Of a stretch of 64,000 nucleotides of DNA, positions 1 to 9,146 are shown one piece after another. Both the position numbers and the translations under genes were made by a program. Positions within the stretch are counted from its first letter, which is position 1, and each line of letters opens with the position of its first letter. The notes beneath the pieces were generated by a model, which was not told the origin of the DNA, did no database searches, and saw nothing but the letters and a program-made list of their open reading frames with translations. Source of the DNA: Candidatus Sumerlaeota bacterium (lineage in GTDB: Bacteria; Sumerlaeota; Sumerlaeia; Sumerlaeales; Sumerlaeaceae); assembly GCA_026398535.1 (NCBI GenBank), contig JAPLSQ010000073.1, positions 86,444 through 150,443 of the forward strand, written 5' to 3'.

Positions 1-1479
1 GGCGATGCGCGCGAGAACGTCCCACGGCAGGCGCGCGAAGTCGGCGGTCATCGCGTCGACACTTTCCACGGCGCGCACGGCCACAACGTTGGCGTAGGTG
101 CGCGAATCGCCCATCACGCCGACCGCCTTCACCGGCAGCAGCACGGCGAAACTCTGCCAGAGCTTTTCGTACAGTCCCGCCGCGCGGATTTCCTCAATGA
201 CGATCGCGTCGGCCAGCCGCAAAATGTCCAGCCGCCCCTTCGTGATTTCGCCGAGAATGCGCACCGCCAGACCGGGACCCGGAAACGGCTGACGCCACAG
301 CACGTCGCGCGGAATGCCAAGCTGAAGGCCAAGCTGGCGCACCTCGTCCTTGAACAGCTCGCGGAGCGGCTCGATGACGCGGTTCTGTTTCATGAGCGCC
401 AGTATTTCAGGCACGCGGTTGTGGTGCGTTTTGATGGTGGCGCTCGGGCCGCGCACGTTGACACTTTCAATGACGTCCGGGTAGAGCGTGCCCTGCGCCA
501 GAAAATCGTTCGGGCGGAGCTTGCGGAAAAAGATGTTCACGAATTCGCGCCCGATGATCCTGCGTTTCTGCTCGGGGTCGGTAATCCCGCGCAAGGCGCG
601 CAGAAAGCGGCTGCCGGCGTTGATCATCTTCACATCGAAGCCAAGCCGGTCGTGGAAGTTGCGCATCACGATCTGCGCCTCGTTGGCGCGCAGCACGCCG
701 TTGTCTACAAAGATGGGCAGACAGCGCCCGCTCGCGGCGCGGTGCATGAGCACGGCAAGCACGGTGGAGTCGACTCCGCCTGAAACGGCGCAGACGATAC
801 GCGCGCCGCGCGCCGCGTCCAGCCGCGCACGCGTCTCGGTCACCGTCTGCTCGATGTAATCCGCCATTTTCCAGTCGGCGCTCGCGCCGCAAACATTGAA
901 CACAAAATTGCGCAGAATCTGCCCGCCATGGCTTGTGTGGTGGACTTCGGGGTGAAACTGCAGACCGTAGAGCGGGAGCTTGCGGTGGCGTGCCACAGCC
1001 TGGGAGCATCCGCCGGTGCCCGCGAGAGCGCGCCATTCCGAAGGCAAACGCACCGCCGCGTCGTTGTGGCTCATCCACACGGTGTCGCGTTTGGGAACCC
1101 CGCGCAACAGGGGATCAGAAGAATTGTGGCGCAGCATGGCGCGCCCGTATTCGCTGTGTGACTGCGGCTTCACCTCGCCGCCCAGCAAATGCACAAGCAG
1201 TTGCATGCCATAGCACAATCCCAGGATAGGGACGGTCGGAAATCCCGCGGCTTGCGATTCTGCGCGGGGCAGCGTCAGCAGGCGCCTGTCAATTTTCGGG
1301 CTGCCCTTTTCCCTGACGGATGCCGGCCCGCCCGACAGGATAATGCCGCCGGGCGCCAATCCGCGGATTTCGGCAACGGACGTGTCGAAAGGAAGTATCT
1401 GGCAATACACTGAAAACGACCGCACCTTGCGCGCGATAAGCTGGGAGTATTGTGAGCCAAAATCGAGGATAAGTATCAT
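1..1479 (-). CDS. guaA: GMP synthase (glutamine-hydrolysing); C-terminus cut off by window start
   Basis: Minus-strand ATG at compl. 1477-1479. Translation is MILILDFGSQYSQLIARKV...GLCYGMQLL...LQFHPEV (class-I glutamine amidotransferase), followed by the ATP-pyrophosphatase P-loop CAVSGGVDST and a GMP-synthase C-terminal region (GDSRTYANVVAVRAVES). The frame runs in phase off position 1 (493 codons, ~20-30 aa missing). It is absent from the ORF track because it is edge-truncated. Confidence 0.9.
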   Translation of the reverse strand, partial: MILILDFGSQYSQLIARKVRSFSVYCQILPFDTSVAEIRGLAPGGIILSGGPASVREKGSPKIDRRLLTLPRAESQAAGFPTVPILGLCYGMQLLVHLLGGEVKPQSHSEYGRAMLRHNSSDPLLRGVPKRDTVWMSHNDAAVRLPSEWRALAGTGGCSQAVARHRKLPLYGLQFHPEVHHTSHGGQILRNFVFNVCGASADWKMADYIEQTVTETRARLDAARGARIVCAVSGGVDSTVLAVLMHRAASGRCLPIFVDNGVLRANEAQIVMRNFHDRLGFDVKMINAGSRFLRALRGITDPEQKRRIIGREFVNIFFRKLRPNDFLAQGTLYPDVIESVNVRGPSATIKTHHNRVPEILALMKQNRVIEPLRELFKDEVRQLGLQLGIPRDVLWRQPFPGPGLAVRILGEITKGRLDILRLADAIVIEEIRAAGLYEKLWQSFAVLLPVKAVGVMGDSRTYANVVAVRAVESVDAMTADFARLPWDVLARIA

Positions 1480-1506
1480 GGTGTGTCCAATTACAAAGAG
1501 TGCCGG

Positions 1507-2667
1507 CTATTTCCCCATCCCGATTCTTTGGGCTTTCTGGAAGATCTTGCCCTCTGTTTTGATGGCGGGCGCGATGACGAGTTCGACGCGCTGGAGCTCG
1601 CGGATGTTCATGGCCCCCACGTTGCCCATGCAAGTGCGCAGCGCCCCGACGAGATTCTGCGAGCCGTCATCGAGGTGCGCGGGGCCGTAGAGGATTTCCT
1701 CGAGGGCGCCGCCTGTGCCCACATGGACGCGCGTTCCGCGCGGCAGATTGGCGTGCGGCGTGGCCATGCCCCAGTGATATCCGCTGCCGGGCGCCTCCTT
1801 TGCCTTGGCGAACGCGCTGCCCACGATCACGGCGTCGGCGCCCGACGCGAACGCCTTGCAGATGTCACCGCCCACGTTCATCCCGCCATCGGTGATGATG
1901 GGGATGTAGCGTCCCGTGCGCATGTAATATTTGTCGCGCGCCGCCGCCCCGTCCACCGTGGCCGTCACTTGCGGCACGCCGATGCCCAGCACACCGCGGC
2001 TGGTGCAGGCGGCGCCCGGGCCGATGCCGATGATGACCGCCGCCGGATTGCATTCCATGATTTCAAGCGCCGTCTCGTACGTCACGCAGTTGCCCACCAT
2101 GACCTTCATTTTCGTGCCCGCGATAAACTTGTAGAGATCGAGCATTTTATACTCGGTCGAGACATGGCGCACGGTGCTCACCGTCGATTGCACGACGAAA
2201 ATGTCGCACCCGGATTCGCCGGCAAGCGCGGCGCAACGTTCGGCTTTCTGGGGGATGGACGACACGATGACCGGCACTCCAGCCGATTTGATCTGCGCGA
2301 CGCGGCGCGAAATGAGATCCTCGCGCACGGACGGCTGGTACAACTGCTGCACCAGTTCCGTGGCGCGTTCGGGCGTCGCCCGCGTGATCTCGGCCAATAT
2401 GTCCGACGGGTCATCGTAACGCGTCCAGACACCCTCGAGATTCAAGATCGCAAGCCCGCCCAGCTTGCCCATGAGAATCGCAAAATTCGGATCAACGACG
2501 CCGTCCATCGCGGCCGCGATGATGGGAATTTCGATGCGCTGGCCGCCGAGCTCCAACGACACATCGACTTCATTGGGATTGATCGTCACCGTCCCCGGCG
2601 CGATCGCTATCTCATCAAATCCGTATGCCTTGCGGGCTTTCCGCCCGCGCCCAATCCACTCGCCCAT
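1507..2667 (-). CDS. IMP dehydrogenase/GMP reductase family protein, short CBS-less form (GuaB paralog)
   Basis: 386 aa with IMPDH TIM-barrel signatures (IIAAAMDGV, GIGPGAACTSRGVLGIGVPQ, IITDGGM..GGDICKAFASGADAV) and no CBS insertion. It lies 27 bp downstream of the guaA start on the same strand. The overlapping plus-strand ORF 1483..2790 is a GC-rich shadow. Confidence 0.8.
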   Translation of the reverse strand: MGEWIGRGRKARKAYGFDEIAIAPGTVTINPNEVDVSLELGGQRIEIPIIAAAMDGVVDPNFAILMGKLGGLAILNLEGVWTRYDDPSDILAEITRATPERATELVQQLYQPSVREDLISRRVAQIKSAGVPVIVSSIPQKAERCAALAGESGCDIFVVQSTVSTVRHVSTEYKMLDLYKFIAGTKMKVMVGNCVTYETALEIMECNPAAVIIGIGPGAACTSRGVLGIGVPQVTATVDGAAARDKYYMRTGRYIPIITDGGMNVGGDICKAFASGADAVIVGSAFAKAKEAPGSGYHWGMATPHANLPRGTRVHVGTGGALEEILYGPAHLDDGSQNLVGALRTCMGNVGAMNIRELQRVELVIAPAIKTEGKIFQKAQRIGMGK

Positions 2668-2852
2668 GGCGCAAACCGTCTCCTTAAAATCGATGAATTA
2701 CGCGTAAAAACGCCGTCTGCTGACAGACTCAACCTTTATGGAGATGCCGCGCGGCGAATCAACTCCAAACCGCTTGCTCACGCAAAGTAACCGTCGGGCG
2801 ATTTGAAATGGCTTTTTCTTTTTCTTGATAATTCCGTCCCCAGCATGAAAAC

Positions 2853-4568
2853 CTAATTCACTGATTTTGTGTCCTTGTCGCCTTGAGCCGCCGTCTCCTT
2901 CGCCTTGGCGTCGCTGCGGCTTTGCGAGGATTTCGGCATGCCCGAATCGCTGGCCATGAAATCCCTGCCGCGGTCCAGGTAATCGTGCAACAGGCGTTTG
3001 GCGGTCTCAAGCTGGTAGTCAATGAATTTGTCCGCCGGCGTCTTTTTCTTTGCCTCAGCCTTCTTGGCCTGTCCTTCGATCTCGGCATCCGGGAACATGG
3101 CGCGGTCGAGCGGAATGATTTTCTTCGGGTCGGGCGTGGAGGTGTTTTTGTCCTTCTTTTCAATCACCGCCGATTCCGATTCCGGCGCCTCCGGCTTATC
3201 GCCGGGGTTCTCGAGTTCCTGGGGCGGGTTGCCGGACTGTTTGGTGAGTGTCGAGCCGCCATCCTTTGAGTTAGGGTCCTTGGACCAGGCGAACTTCGAC
3301 ACCGTGGTCGCGCTGTCCGCCTCGTCCGTGGGCGGATCGCCATACATGCCATGCTTGAGCAGGTCCACTTCGCCGCCCTTGGGAATTTCCACCCAGATGT
3401 CGGGCGTCAGGCCGGTTTTGTCGATCGTCACGCCACTCGGCGTGTAATACTTGGCCGTCGTCAGGCGGATGGCCGCGGGGCGATAATTGCCGTTGTTGTC
3501 CTTTTCAAACGAGTGCGCCAGCTCCTCGATCGTCTGAACGGAGCCTTTGCCGAACGTCCGTTGACCCTTGGGGGCGACAATGATGCCGCGGTGATGATCC
3601 TTGACGGCGCCGGCGAAAATCTCCGAGGCGCTGGCGCTGGCCTTGTTCACGAGCACCACGAGCGGCAGGTCGGACACCGCGTCGTCCTCGGCGCGGTAAT
3701 CCTGGTTCTGATTCTTGATGCGACCCTTTGTCGACACGATCACCTTGCCGCGCCCGATGAATAAATTGCTCACCTCGACGGCCTCCTTGAGCAGGCCTCC
3801 AGTGTTGAAACGCAGGTCCACGATGACGCCCTTGGCGCCTTTCTCCTTGAAATTTTCCAGCGCCTTGCGCATGTCGCGCGCCGCGTTGTCACTGAATTTT
3901 GTCAGGCGGATGTAGCCGATCTTGTCGTCGAGCATCTTATAATAAACGCTGTCAACCTTGATGTTTTTGCGCACAAGCGTGAAAGGCAGAAGTTCGGGTT
4001 CGCCCTCGCGGTAAATCTTTATGTTTACGGTGGTGCCGCTGGGACCCGTGAGCTTTTTCACAGCCTCGATAAGCGTGATGCCCTCGGTCTTTTTCCCCTC
4101 GATTTCGACAATCCGGTCCCACGGGCGCACGCCGACCTTCGCGGCGGGCGAACCGGGGATGGGCGCGATCACTGTCAGCACGCCGTCCTTCAGCGTGATG
4201 TGAATGCCGATGCCGCTGAACGCCCCCTCGGTGTCCTTCTCCAGTTGAGAGTAGATGTCAGGATCCATATACTGCGAGTGGGGGTCAAGCGTCAGGAACA
4301 TCCCCTGGAGCGCGCCCTCGAACAGCTTTTTCGAGTCGACATCGTCCACATAGCGGTCCTTCATCTCCTTGTAAACCTCGCTGAACATCGCCGTGAACTC
4401 CCAGAACTGGTCGTCGTCGGCCTTCTTGACAGTGTTAGAGAACTGCCCCATCAGCACAAACGATGAAAGGATGAGGATCACTGCGACGAGAAATATTTTC
4501 CTTTCGGATTGAAACGGCGGGCGGTTTTGCGGCATGCGTAACCTCAATAGAATTCTCTGCGCCGGCAT
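2853..4568 (-). CDS. carboxy-terminal processing peptidase, S41 family, with long charged low-complexity C-terminal tail
   Basis: N-terminal signal/TM segment (KIFLVAVILILSSFVLM), a PDZ-like segment (GIGIHITLKDGVLTVIAPIPGSPAAKVGV) and an S41 catalytic region (VVLVNKASASASEIFAGAV...TFGKGSVQ). About 180 aa of K/E/D/P-rich tail follow. An alternative start MPQN lies at compl. 4533-4535. Confidence 0.8.
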   Translation of the reverse strand: MPAQRILLRLRMPQNRPPFQSERKIFLVAVILILSSFVLMGQFSNTVKKADDDQFWEFTAMFSEVYKEMKDRYVDDVDSKKLFEGALQGMFLTLDPHSQYMDPDIYSQLEKDTEGAFSGIGIHITLKDGVLTVIAPIPGSPAAKVGVRPWDRIVEIEGKKTEGITLIEAVKKLTGPSGTTVNIKIYREGEPELLPFTLVRKNIKVDSVYYKMLDDKIGYIRLTKFSDNAARDMRKALENFKEKGAKGVIVDLRFNTGGLLKEAVEVSNLFIGRGKVIVSTKGRIKNQNQDYRAEDDAVSDLPLVVLVNKASASASEIFAGAVKDHHRGIIVAPKGQRTFGKGSVQTIEELAHSFEKDNNGNYRPAAIRLTTAKYYTPSGVTIDKTGLTPDIWVEIPKGGEVDLLKHGMYGDPPTDEADSATTVSKFAWSKDPNSKDGGSTLTKQSGNPPQELENPGDKPEAPESESAVIEKKDKNTSTPDPKKIIPLDRAMFPDAEIEGQAKKAEAKKKTPADKFIDYQLETAKRLLHDYLDRGRDFMASDSGMPKSSQSRSDAKAKETAAQGDKDTKSVN

Positions 4569-4946
4569 AGGCCGACACGGTTAAAAATGTTTACATGGCC
4601 CAATATGAAATAATTTGAGCCGGCCGCAAAAGTTGTGCCCGGTTCACAAGCGTCATCGCCCCCGCGAAACAATCACCGGGGGCGTTTGTGCGCATCGAGC
4701 ATTTCAGATTGACGTTGACCTTCCTTCGGCCCCGTTGGATTAATCCCGCTGTAATGTTTCAGAGGCCGGCGCCATCAAGACAAAGGAACATGCGCAAGAT
4801 CAACCCGCGAGAGTTCCCGTCCGCGACGAGCCGGAAGGCCTGCGGCATCAACCGGCGTATCATTCTGAACGAGGGACGGCCGCGCAACACAGGCGTCCAA
4901 GCGCTGGAAAAACATCCCGGCGCGCCGGCGATGGCATAGCGGCACA

Positions 4947-7900
4947 ATGATCATTCTACACGGCGCTTTCGCTGCCGGACAGTTTTGGATCTGGGGGGAA
5001 GCCGCGCCGTCGCAAGCGCCTGACGGCAGAACAGCGGAGCGGATTGTCAATCTGTCTTGTTCCGCGTCACCGGGCGCCTCGAAGCGCGGCGCATCGGCCG
5101 CTTCGTCTCAGCGGCGGGGACGCAAGACAAAGGAACCCGCTAAAGCCGCTCCCGAGCTTTTCGCTTATGACGCCGGTTCCGGGTGTCTCTCCGCGGCGCT
5201 GTCCGAGGTTGCGGGAATCCCGCTCGAACAGAAACGGATTGTTCCGATGATCGCGTGGCTGCCCACGGACGACGGTCAAGCTCTGGCGTCAAGCCCGCTG
5301 ATCGCCGGGCCGCCCGAGTCCGTCAAGGAAATCGCATTGCGGCCATGGAGCGTTTCCTCGGCGCCGCTCAGCATACAGGAAACCGTTCAGCGCCTCTGCG
5401 CCTGTATTGGCAGGGAGATGCTGGCGGCCGGAATTCACGCCGGAGCGGACCTTTCTTTCTGGGCGGCGGCGCTGCGGTTCGCGGGGGCTCTCGTTGCCGG
5501 ACAACAGTTTCTCCCCTCGATGGTTGAAGAACAGGGCGCTCATTACGCCCGCTGGAAACCCGTGTTTGCCGGACCAAATGCGGCGCGCCTGGCGGAACTG
5601 GCCAGACTGATGCCGCAGGCTTGCAGAGCGCTGCCGGCGTCCATGGACGCCCCGCCCGGCGGCACGCCAATAAGCGCGCTGACCAGTTTTCTGGGCCTCT
5701 CACTTGATTGCCTCGTCCGCGCACAGCCCGGCGAGAACGAACCAGCCGCCGAAAAGTTGCGGCCGCAAAAGCGCAAGCCGCCTGATTTCGACAGCATTCA
5801 CGACCAGTGGCTTCACGCTCTGCATTCACCCAACGGGATGATGACCGGCAGCGCGGCCAGTCTATCTGAATTCAGCGTTCAGGTGCGCGAATGGCAGCGC
5901 CCCGTGTCGCTCATAGCAGAAGCGCCGTTCCGTATCTGCTTCAGGCTGGAAGAACCGCCGCTGCAGGATGAGTTCCAAGAAACGTCCGGCGATGTGAGTT
6001 GGACGCTTCGCTACCTGTTGCAAGCCGCTGACGATCCAAGTCTCCTGATCCCGGCGGCGGATGCTTGGAAACCGGCGGGACGAACGGCCGTCATACTCAA
6101 GCGCGGAAGCTTCAAGCCGCGCGAATATCTGCTGATGGCTCTGGGTCAGGCTTCGCGGCTTTGCGAACGCATTGAGGCCAGCCTCAGATCGAAGTCGCCA
6201 TGGGGCTGTGAACTCGATTCGACAGGCGCCTACGAGTTCCTCACGGAGAAAGCCATGGAGCTTGAAATGGCGGGCTTCGGCGTCATGCTGCCCGCATGGT
6301 GGTCGCGCAAGGGGACGAAGCAGCGGCTTTCGTTGCGGGCAAACGTGAAATCGCCGGCCGCGATGGCGGGCGGCTCCGTGATGCGCTTCGACACAATCGT
6401 GAAGTTCGATTATGAGGTGGCGCTGGGTGCAGAGAAATTGACACTTGCCGAGTTGGAAGCGCTCGCGAAGCTGAAAGCGCCGCTGGTCAAAATACGCGGC
6501 CAGTGGGTGCACATGTCTGCCGATGATATCCGCACCGCCATGGACTTCTGGCAGAAGAGCAAACAGGGGCAGGCTCCGGTGCGCGACGTAGTCCGGATGG
6601 CGCTTGGAGCTGGCGCGGCGGGCGTATCATTGCCAGTGCGGGGCGTTACCGCTTCGGGGCGGATTGGGGAACTTCTCGCGCAACTCGACGGGCAGTCCTC
6701 CTTCGAATCCGTGCCCCCGCCCGGCGGTTTCGACGGTTTGCTTCGTCCCTATCAGCAACGGGGTTTTTCGTGGCTCTGCTTTCTGCGCCGTTGGGGACTG
6801 GGGGCTTGTCTGGCGGACGATATGGGACTCGGCAAGACGATTCAGGCGCTCGTTTTGATCCAGCGCGATTGGGAGGATGATCCAAAGACTCGGCGCCCCG
6901 TGCTGCTCATCTGCCCGATGTCGGTGGTTGGCAACTGGCAGAAGGAAGCGGCGCGTTTCACCCCGGGCCTGCCAGTCATGGTTCATCATGGTTCGGGGCG
7001 GACGAAAGGCGGTTCCTTCAAGCAGCAGGCGGACAAGCATGCGATTGTGATATCGAGCTATGCTCTGCTGCACCGCGACCTCGATCTATTCATGAAAGTC
7101 GGCTGGGCCGGCGTGATTCTCGACGAAGCTCAAAATATCAAAAATGCGGAGACAAAACAGTCGAAGGCGGCGCGTGCGATCGGGGCGGATTATCGAATCG
7201 CGCTCACGGGCACGCCAGTTGAGAACAACGTCGGCGATCTGTGGGTGATCATGGAGTTTATCAATCCTGATTTTCTTGGCAGCCGGAACCAGTTTATCCA
7301 AGAGTTCTTCGTGCCCATTCAGGCTGAACGCGATCACGAGGCCGAGCAAAAGCTCAAGCGGGTGACCCGGCCATTTATTCTTCGGCGTCTGAAAACCGAC
7401 AAATCCATCATCGCCGATCTGCCGGAGAAGATGGAGATGAAAGTTTTTTGCACGCTCACGAAGGAGCAGGCATCGCTTTATGCGGCGGTCCTCAAGGACG
7501 CCGAGGAGGCCATGAAGAGGAGCGAAGGCATTCAGCGCAAGGGCATAATCCTGGCGATGCTGTCGAAGCTCAAACAGGTATGCAATCATCCCGCGCAGTT
7601 TCTTGGCGACAACTCTGAAATCGCGGGGCGCTCCGGCAAGCTCGCGCGTCTCGGGGAAATGATGGAGGAAATCCTCGGCGCCGGCGAGCGCGCTCTGGTT
7701 TTCACGCAGTTCGCCGAAATGGGCAGTCTCCTTCAGCGCCATCTGCAGGACACTTTTGGCCGCGAAGTTCTGTTCCTGCACGGCGGCATCGGCAAGAAGC
7801 AGCGCGACCGCATGGTTGAGCGCTTTCAGGCCGACGGCAGCGGCCCGGACGTGTTCATCCTGTCACTCAAGGCGGGCGGCACAGGTCTGAATCTCACCCG

Positions 7901-8174
7901 CGCCAGCCATGTTTTCCATTTCGACCGCTGGTGGAACCCGGCCGTGGAAAATCAGGCAACAGACCGCGCGTTCCGCATCGGCCAGACAAAGAACGTCCAA
8001 GTGCACAAGTTCATCTGCGTCGGGACAATGGAAGAGCGCATTGACGAGATGATCGAGCTCAAGAGCGGCATCGCCCGCAACGTCGTTGGAGCAGGCGAAC
8101 AATGGCTGACCGAAATGTCCAACAAGCAGATCAAGGAACTATTTGCATTGCGCAAGGAGGCGGTAGCGGAATGA
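4947..8174 (+). CDS. SNF2-family ATP-dependent helicase with ~600 aa N-terminal YwqA-type (SNF2-associated) domain
   Basis: 1075 aa. Motif I LADDMGLGKTIQ, motif II DEAQNIKN, helicase-C motif VI QATDRAFRIGQTKNV. The N-terminal 600 aa has no recognisable catalytic motif. The stop TGA is at 8172-8174. Confidence 0.85.
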   Translation: MIILHGAFAAGQFWIWGEAAPSQAPDGRTAERIVNLSCSASPGASKRGASAASSQRRGRKTKEPAKAAPELFAYDAGSGCLSAALSEVAGIPLEQKRIVPMIAWLPTDDGQALASSPLIAGPPESVKEIALRPWSVSSAPLSIQETVQRLCACIGREMLAAGIHAGADLSFWAAALRFAGALVAGQQFLPSMVEEQGAHYARWKPVFAGPNAARLAELARLMPQACRALPASMDAPPGGTPISALTSFLGLSLDCLVRAQPGENEPAAEKLRPQKRKPPDFDSIHDQWLHALHSPNGMMTGSAASLSEFSVQVREWQRPVSLIAEAPFRICFRLEEPPLQDEFQETSGDVSWTLRYLLQAADDPSLLIPAADAWKPAGRTAVILKRGSFKPREYLLMALGQASRLCERIEASLRSKSPWGCELDSTGAYEFLTEKAMELEMAGFGVMLPAWWSRKGTKQRLSLRANVKSPAAMAGGSVMRFDTIVKFDYEVALGAEKLTLAELEALAKLKAPLVKIRGQWVHMSADDIRTAMDFWQKSKQGQAPVRDVVRMALGAGAAGVSLPVRGVTASGRIGELLAQLDGQSSFESVPPPGGFDGLLRPYQQRGFSWLCFLRRWGLGACLADDMGLGKTIQALVLIQRDWEDDPKTRRPVLLICPMSVVGNWQKEAARFTPGLPVMVHHGSGRTKGGSFKQQADKHAIVISSYALLHRDLDLFMKVGWAGVILDEAQNIKNAETKQSKAARAIGADYRIALTGTPVENNVGDLWVIMEFINPDFLGSRNQFIQEFFVPIQAERDHEAEQKLKRVTRPFILRRLKTDKSIIADLPEKMEMKVFCTLTKEQASLYAAVLKDAEEAMKRSEGIQRKGIILAMLSKLKQVCNHPAQFLGDNSEIAGRSGKLARLGEMMEEILGAGERALVFTQFAEMGSLLQRHLQDTFGREVLFLHGGIGKKQRDRMVERFQADGSGPDVFILSLKAGGTGLNLTRASHVFHFDRWWNPAVENQATDRAFRIGQTKNVQVHKFICVGTMEERIDEMIELKSGIARNVVGAGEQWLTEMSNKQIKELFALRKEAVAE

Positions 8175-9133
8175 GCAGGAGTTGGAGCAGATACAGAGAC
8201 TACGGCTATTATGACTTTCCCGTGTCCGTAGCGCTGCCCGCCAAGGGCGGCATCAAGGCCCAGGCAAAACGCGGGACGCTGGGCGGATCGAACTGGTGGG
8301 CGAAGCGTTGGATCGGCATTCTGGAGAGCTTCAACATCGGCGCGCGCCTGGGGCGCGGGCGCTCTTACGCCCGGATGGGGCAGGTGTTGTCGGTCGAGGT
8401 CGGCAAGGGCGAAGTCAAAGCGGAGGTTCAGGGCTCGCGCGCCAAGCCGTATTCCGTCTCGATCAGGATCGCGCCGATTGCCAAAAAGGACTGGCGGCAG
8501 ATTGTTGAAACGCTTTCGGGGCAGGTTCTTTATGTTGCAAAACTGTTGGCGGGACAGATGCCGGAGGACATCGAGTCGGTGTTCGACACGGCAAAACTTT
8601 CTCTTTTTCCCAACAAGCTGAAGGACATCCAGACTGAGTGCTCGTGCCCCGATTGGTCAAACCCCTGCAAGCACATCGCGGCAGTTTACTACCTGCTCGG
8701 TGAGGAGTTCGACCGTGATCCGTTCCTTATGTTTAAGTTGCGCGGACTGAGCCGCGACGAACTCATAACGAAACTGGGAGCGGCCGCGGGTCCCGGCGCC
8801 GCGCCCGCGTTGCCCGCGCGGCTTCCCGACGAAAGCGCCGCGAGCGCTGGGGAAACCGGCGAGCCGCTGGCAACCGGCGCTGGAGCATTCTGGGATTTGC
8901 GCGCGCTGCCGGATGATTTCTACGGCAAGGTCGAAGTGCCGTCAGGGCCCGCCGCGCTGCCGAAATCCATGGGAGACTTTCCCTTCTGGCGCGCAAATGA
9001 ACCGTTCATCCCGGCGATGGAGAAAACCTACGCCGAAGCTTCGCGACTCGGCATGAGCGTGTTTCTTGGCGAGCAGGCAATGCAACCGCCAGAAGACGAC
9101 GCCGACCATTCTGGCGCGCCAACTGGCGCATAA
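8171..9133 (+). CDS. SWIM zinc-finger domain protein, translationally coupled to upstream SNF2 helicase
   Basis: An ATG at 8171-8173 overlaps the SNF2 stop (ATGA) and begins MSRSWSRYRDYGYYDF. The SWIM CxC-x(n)-CxH signature is TECSCPDWSNPCKHIAAVYYLL. An Ala/Pro-rich linker is in the C-terminal half. The ORF-track entry 8102..9133 is in the same frame but has a longer upstream start. Confidence 0.8.
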   Translation: MSRSWSRYRDYGYYDFPVSVALPAKGGIKAQAKRGTLGGSNWWAKRWIGILESFNIGARLGRGRSYARMGQVLSVEVGKGEVKAEVQGSRAKPYSVSIRIAPIAKKDWRQIVETLSGQVLYVAKLLAGQMPEDIESVFDTAKLSLFPNKLKDIQTECSCPDWSNPCKHIAAVYYLLGEEFDRDPFLMFKLRGLSRDELITKLGAAAGPGAAPALPARLPDESAASAGETGEPLATGAGAFWDLRALPDDFYGKVEVPSGPAALPKSMGDFPFWRANEPFIPAMEKTYAEASRLGMSVFLGEQAMQPPEDDADHSGAPTGA

Positions 9134-9146
9134 CTCAAGCTTTTAT

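Noticed and set aside
1483-2790. Long ORF (435 aa) on the plus strand antisense to the IMPDH-family gene. Similar long antisense ORFs occur at 9208..10623, 12022..13107, 24282..25553, 33051..34160, 34161..35294, 40674..41912, 58306..60012, 7086..7781 and 20705..21424.
   Set aside because: All lie opposite or frame-shifted to genes with clear family motifs. Their translations are Arg/Ala/Gly/His-rich low-complexity strings typical of stop-codon-poor shadow frames in high-GC DNA. No conserved motifs.
4947-9133. SNF2/SWIM pair as part of a DISARM-like or other anti-phage defence island
   Set aside because: No DUF1998, PLD nuclease, methyltransferase, second helicase, integrase or other defence gene within 10 kb. 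The flanks are a protease and a transporter with similar composition. A defence role is not excluded, but there is no contextual support.
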